48,064 nt of DNA, taken from assembly GCA_021813125.1 (NCBI GenBank), contig JAKALT010000007.1, positions 1 to 48,064 of the forward strand, given 5' to 3'. Position 1 is the first letter of the stretch. Each line of letters starts with the position of its first letter. This document shows positions 45,464 through 48,064 of the stretch, piece by piece. The notes below the pieces were generated by a model. The model was not told the DNA's origin and searched no databases. It saw nothing but the letters and a program-made list of their open reading frames with translations. The position numbers were made by a program, and so were the translations under genes. The DNA comes from a bacterium. Its GTDB lineage: Bacteria; Patescibacteriota; Microgenomatia; Curtissbacterales; GWA2-41-24.

Positions 45464-46165
45464 ATGAAAAAAAATGGTTTTGCCCCAATTTTAATAATAA
45501 TTGTAGTCGCCGCAATTGCCATTGGTTCTGTAAGCTACGCACTTTACTTTAATAAAACAAGTAAGAGCGATGTTTCTACTTCGCAATTAAGAAACCTCTC
45601 TCCACCGGAAAAAGCAAATCAAGACATACAAAAATCAGGGATTTTGCAGCAACTTTTAGACAAAATGAAAGGCTACAAAAATTATCAACTAAACATAACT
45701 ATTATTGGTGCTTCAGTCAAAGCCAAGAATTATAAAATTTTAAGATTTAGTGAAAAACAATTTCAGGAATTTAATCCAATCATTACTACTTATGTGGACA
45801 ATAACCTTGGGAAAAGCTTCACTTATTACAAGGATAAAAATGAATATGGAGAAGGTAAATCAACTGACTTAGAATTTAGTGTTGGTACACCTGAATACTA
45901 TTTTAAAAACTGGACAATTGACGTGAAGATTAAAGGTGATGATGTCATAGATGGACAAAAGGTAACTGTCTATGAAAATATCAATAACGGTGCTTCTATA
46001 ACTGCATATATTTCTACCGATACTGGTCTTCCTGTTAAAACCATTCAAAAAATTACAAATGGGGAGATAATAGCTACTTTTAAATTCTCCCGCATAAATG
46101 AAATACAAGAATCAGAAGTTACACTTCCTGCAAATGCCAAGAAAATTGTGAACCTAAACCCATGA
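45464..46165 (+). CDS. Prepilin-like surface protein with LolA/RseB-like beta fold
   Basis: MKKNG|FAPILIII N-terminus (ATG 45464); G.D.IDG..V.VYE, YIS.DTGLPVK and F/V.LP.NAK motifs. Confidence 0.7.
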   Translation: MKKNGFAPILIIIVVAAIAIGSVSYALYFNKTSKSDVSTSQLRNLSPPEKANQDIQKSGILQQLLDKMKGYKNYQLNITIIGASVKAKNYKILRFSEKQFQEFNPIITTYVDNNLGKSFTYYKDKNEYGEGKSTDLEFSVGTPEYYFKNWTIDVKIKGDDVIDGQKVTVYENINNGASITAYISTDTGLPVKTIQKITNGEIIATFKFSRINEIQESEVTLPANAKKIVNLNP

Positions 46166-47079
46166 AAAAAGGCTTTGTACCAATAATAATTGTCCTCGCT
46201 ATTCTTGCGATTTTTTTCGCCATTTTGTTTATAAGACAAAAATTCTTCGCTCTCCCGAGAGAAGTTACCATTAGAGGTACTGTTGCAACAAATTATCTGC
46301 CTCAAAACCCCGACGATTATGCCTATTTTAAATTAACAAAGAATAACAACACCCAAACGGAAGTACTTTACCAGCAAGGGAAAAATAGTTGCGCTAACAA
46401 GGAATCGGAAAAGCTAGGGGCAACACTTAATCCGGGCGACGAGGTCGAAGTGAGGGGAATGGATTATGGTGACCAAATTCAAATTTGCTCATTTGCCAAA
46501 TACTACATTAAACTTCTCAAAAAGGGGCCGCCGCCACCGCCAACCCCAAGCCCAGAACCGTCTCCGACCGAGATCCAAAATCAAGGAAGCCACATATCAT
46601 ATCAGTTAGATTTCGTATCATCGACTGGTCAAAATAAAAAATTAATTTTGTACTACAACTTAGAAACCCAAAAAGACGAATTATATATATCTAAAAACGT
46701 TTTCGACCCTAAAACAGACACAAGAGTTACGTTTTCGGAACAGATTTTCGATTTTGGGTTGCAGAGACCAATTCAAGTATCACCAGGAAAGAAAAAATTC
46801 TTTTATGCTAGGGCAATGGCTGGAGACTCGATGTCTGTTGCGCTTTTTGATGAACAAGGTAAAGTAATCAACCGTCTTGAAGATATAGTAGAAAGCGCTA
46901 TCTACAAGAAGTATAGGGAGAAATATTTCAACTTGAGCTCCGAAGTAAAGCAATGGAACGGCTCAGACAGATTGACAGTCGATTTTGGAAGGTTCGCTTC
47001 ATCCGATCATTATTATCGTGTTGAGATAATGACAGATGGCTCAATAAAAAACATTGAGAAAGTCCTTTATAAAAACTAA
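46162..47079 (+). CDS. Prepilin-like surface protein with OB-fold-like domain and Pro-rich linker
   Basis: MKKG|FVPIIIVL N-terminus; L.PGDEVEVRG; PPPPPTPSPEPSPT linker. Confidence 0.7.
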   Translation: MKKGFVPIIIVLAILAIFFAILFIRQKFFALPREVTIRGTVATNYLPQNPDDYAYFKLTKNNNTQTEVLYQQGKNSCANKESEKLGATLNPGDEVEVRGMDYGDQIQICSFAKYYIKLLKKGPPPPPTPSPEPSPTEIQNQGSHISYQLDFVSSTGQNKKLILYYNLETQKDELYISKNVFDPKTDTRVTFSEQIFDFGLQRPIQVSPGKKKFFYARAMAGDSMSVALFDEQGKVINRLEDIVESAIYKKYREKYFNLSSEVKQWNGSDRLTVDFGRFASSDHYYRVEIMTDGSIKNIEKVLYKN

Positions 47080-48064
47080 ATTGCACTAACCAGCTCTTCC
47101 GGAATGTCTACAACAAACCTCGAAACTAAATTAGAAGAGGTTATCCCAAAATAAAGCCGCTGGGAAGCATATGTTAAATACAACTTTTGCTTGGCCCGCG
47201 TCATACCCACATACGCAAGCCGCCTTTCCTCCTCAATTTGCGAAACATCCAGCATCGATCGCGAATGCGGAAATAACCCTTCTTCCATACCGATTATAAA
47301 AACGTTCCCAAACTCCAAACCTTTAGCAGCATGTATTGTCATAAGAGTTACCGAATTTACATCAATTTGCCCTTCATGCGATTTGGAAGGAGTCACTTTA
47401 CCCTCCATCAGCGCAATATTTTCAAGAAGCGTCTGTAAATTTTCGTAGTCTTGCGCAACCGATTTAAGTTCTTTGACGTTTTCTACCCGCATCAATCCTT
47501 GTTCTGTCCCGTCGTCGATAAGCTCAATGTATCCGGTTACCTCAAGTACTTTGTCCATTACCTCGGCTGGTGTAGGCCTTTTTTTTGCCGCCTTAATTTT
47601 TTTGGCAACCTCCAAAAATTTTTTAAAACGGCCTTTGCCTAATTTTTCTATCCTTGTTAAAGAAACATCATCCAGCGGATTTTCAATAACTCTCAAATAC
47701 GCCAAAACATCTTTAACTTCTTTTCGTTCATAAAACCTTACGCCGCCGTAAATCCGGTAGGGGATATTGGCATGCAAAAGCGCCTCTTCCATTGTTCTGG
47801 ACTGGGCATTAGTCCGATATAAAATTGCAAATTCTCCAAATCCTTCTGTTGAATTTAAAATCCGATCAACTGCAAAATTCGCCTCGTCAATTTCATTTTG
47901 CGCGTTATAAATTGTAATTCCGTCACCCTTTGTGTTTTTGGTCCACAAATTTAAAACCGGATGCGCCATGTTTTTGGAAATAACTGCGTTTGCAGCCGTT
48001 AGTATATTTTGTGTGGACCTGTAATTTTGCTCCAGATTAAACACTTTAGCATCGGCAAAGATCG
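47076..48064 (-). CDS. pcrA: ATP-dependent DNA helicase PcrA/UvrD, C-terminal part (5' end outside window)
   Basis: LEQNYRS, ILYRTNAQSR, FYERKEVKD, TIHAAKGLEF, EERRLAYVGMTRA; frame stays open to the window edge. Confidence 0.93.
   Translation of the reverse strand, partial: IFADAKVFNLEQNYRSTQNILTAANAVISKNMAHPVLNLWTKNTKGDGITIYNAQNEIDEANFAVDRILNSTEGFGEFAILYRTNAQSRTMEEALLHANIPYRIYGGVRFYERKEVKDVLAYLRVIENPLDDVSLTRIEKLGKGRFKKFLEVAKKIKAAKKRPTPAEVMDKVLEVTGYIELIDDGTEQGLMRVENVKELKSVAQDYENLQTLLENIALMEGKVTPSKSHEGQIDVNSVTLMTIHAAKGLEFGNVFIIGMEEGLFPHSRSMLDVSQIEEERRLAYVGMTRAKQKLYLTYASQRLYFGITSSNLVSRFVVDIPEELVSAI

Noticed and set aside
46525-46570. GC-rich Pro/Thr repeat as a DNA repeat element (also 31257-31290)
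   Set aside because: Explained by protein-level PT/PS linkers with codon-period repeats.
413-47733. Numerous short antisense or overlapping ORFs in the six-frame track (e.g. 9661-10269, 22438-23079, 20077-20550, 43026-43523, 27763-28257)
   Set aside because: They lie within well-supported genes on the opposite strand or another frame and show no motifs; treated as shadow ORFs.
1-48064. tRNA/rRNA genes, prophage, alternative genetic code
   Set aside because: No cloverleaf or rRNA-like segments or phage hallmark genes were seen. Conserved proteins end at TGA normally (e.g. the helicase at 39872), consistent with code 11.

Overview
Gene-dense, AT-rich bacterial chromosomal window. The gene content and protein style (VanW, DUF192, PEGA, several GT-C glycosyltransferases, DUF2079, FemABX, KGF-type prepilin-like proteins, Pro/Ser/Thr linkers, few Shine-Dalgarno motifs) suggest a Patescibacteria/CPR genome, probably Microgenomates; this is inference, not a phylogenetic placement. 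It carries housekeeping genes (tsaD, pyrG, groES/groEL, metG, tatD, rmuC, partial pcrA), a large cell-envelope/glycosylation block, a UvrD-nuclease fusion, and the 3' end of an IS1595-family element at the left edge. I saw no rRNA, tRNA or CRISPR array. Main observations: (i) a very compact GGGC-initiated pyrG leader resembling the Firmicutes reiterative-transcription CTP sensor; (ii) a ~100-nt structured, possibly switchable 5' leader on an M23 peptidase gene; (iii) orphan lipid-modifying enzymes (divergent FabH/KAS III-like and DHCR24-like FAD reductase) in a lineage thought to lack fatty-acid synthesis; (iv) a family of heptamer/palindromic micro-elements lying between genes and in-frame inside tatD, the UvrD fusion and an NTase-like gene; (v) a 765-aa unknown protein with a tandemly duplicated C-terminal domain; (vi) many apparent leaderless promoters; (vii) a prepilin-like cassette containing an unannotated 42-aa membrane ORF. 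All calls come from reading motifs by eye; no database searches were run.
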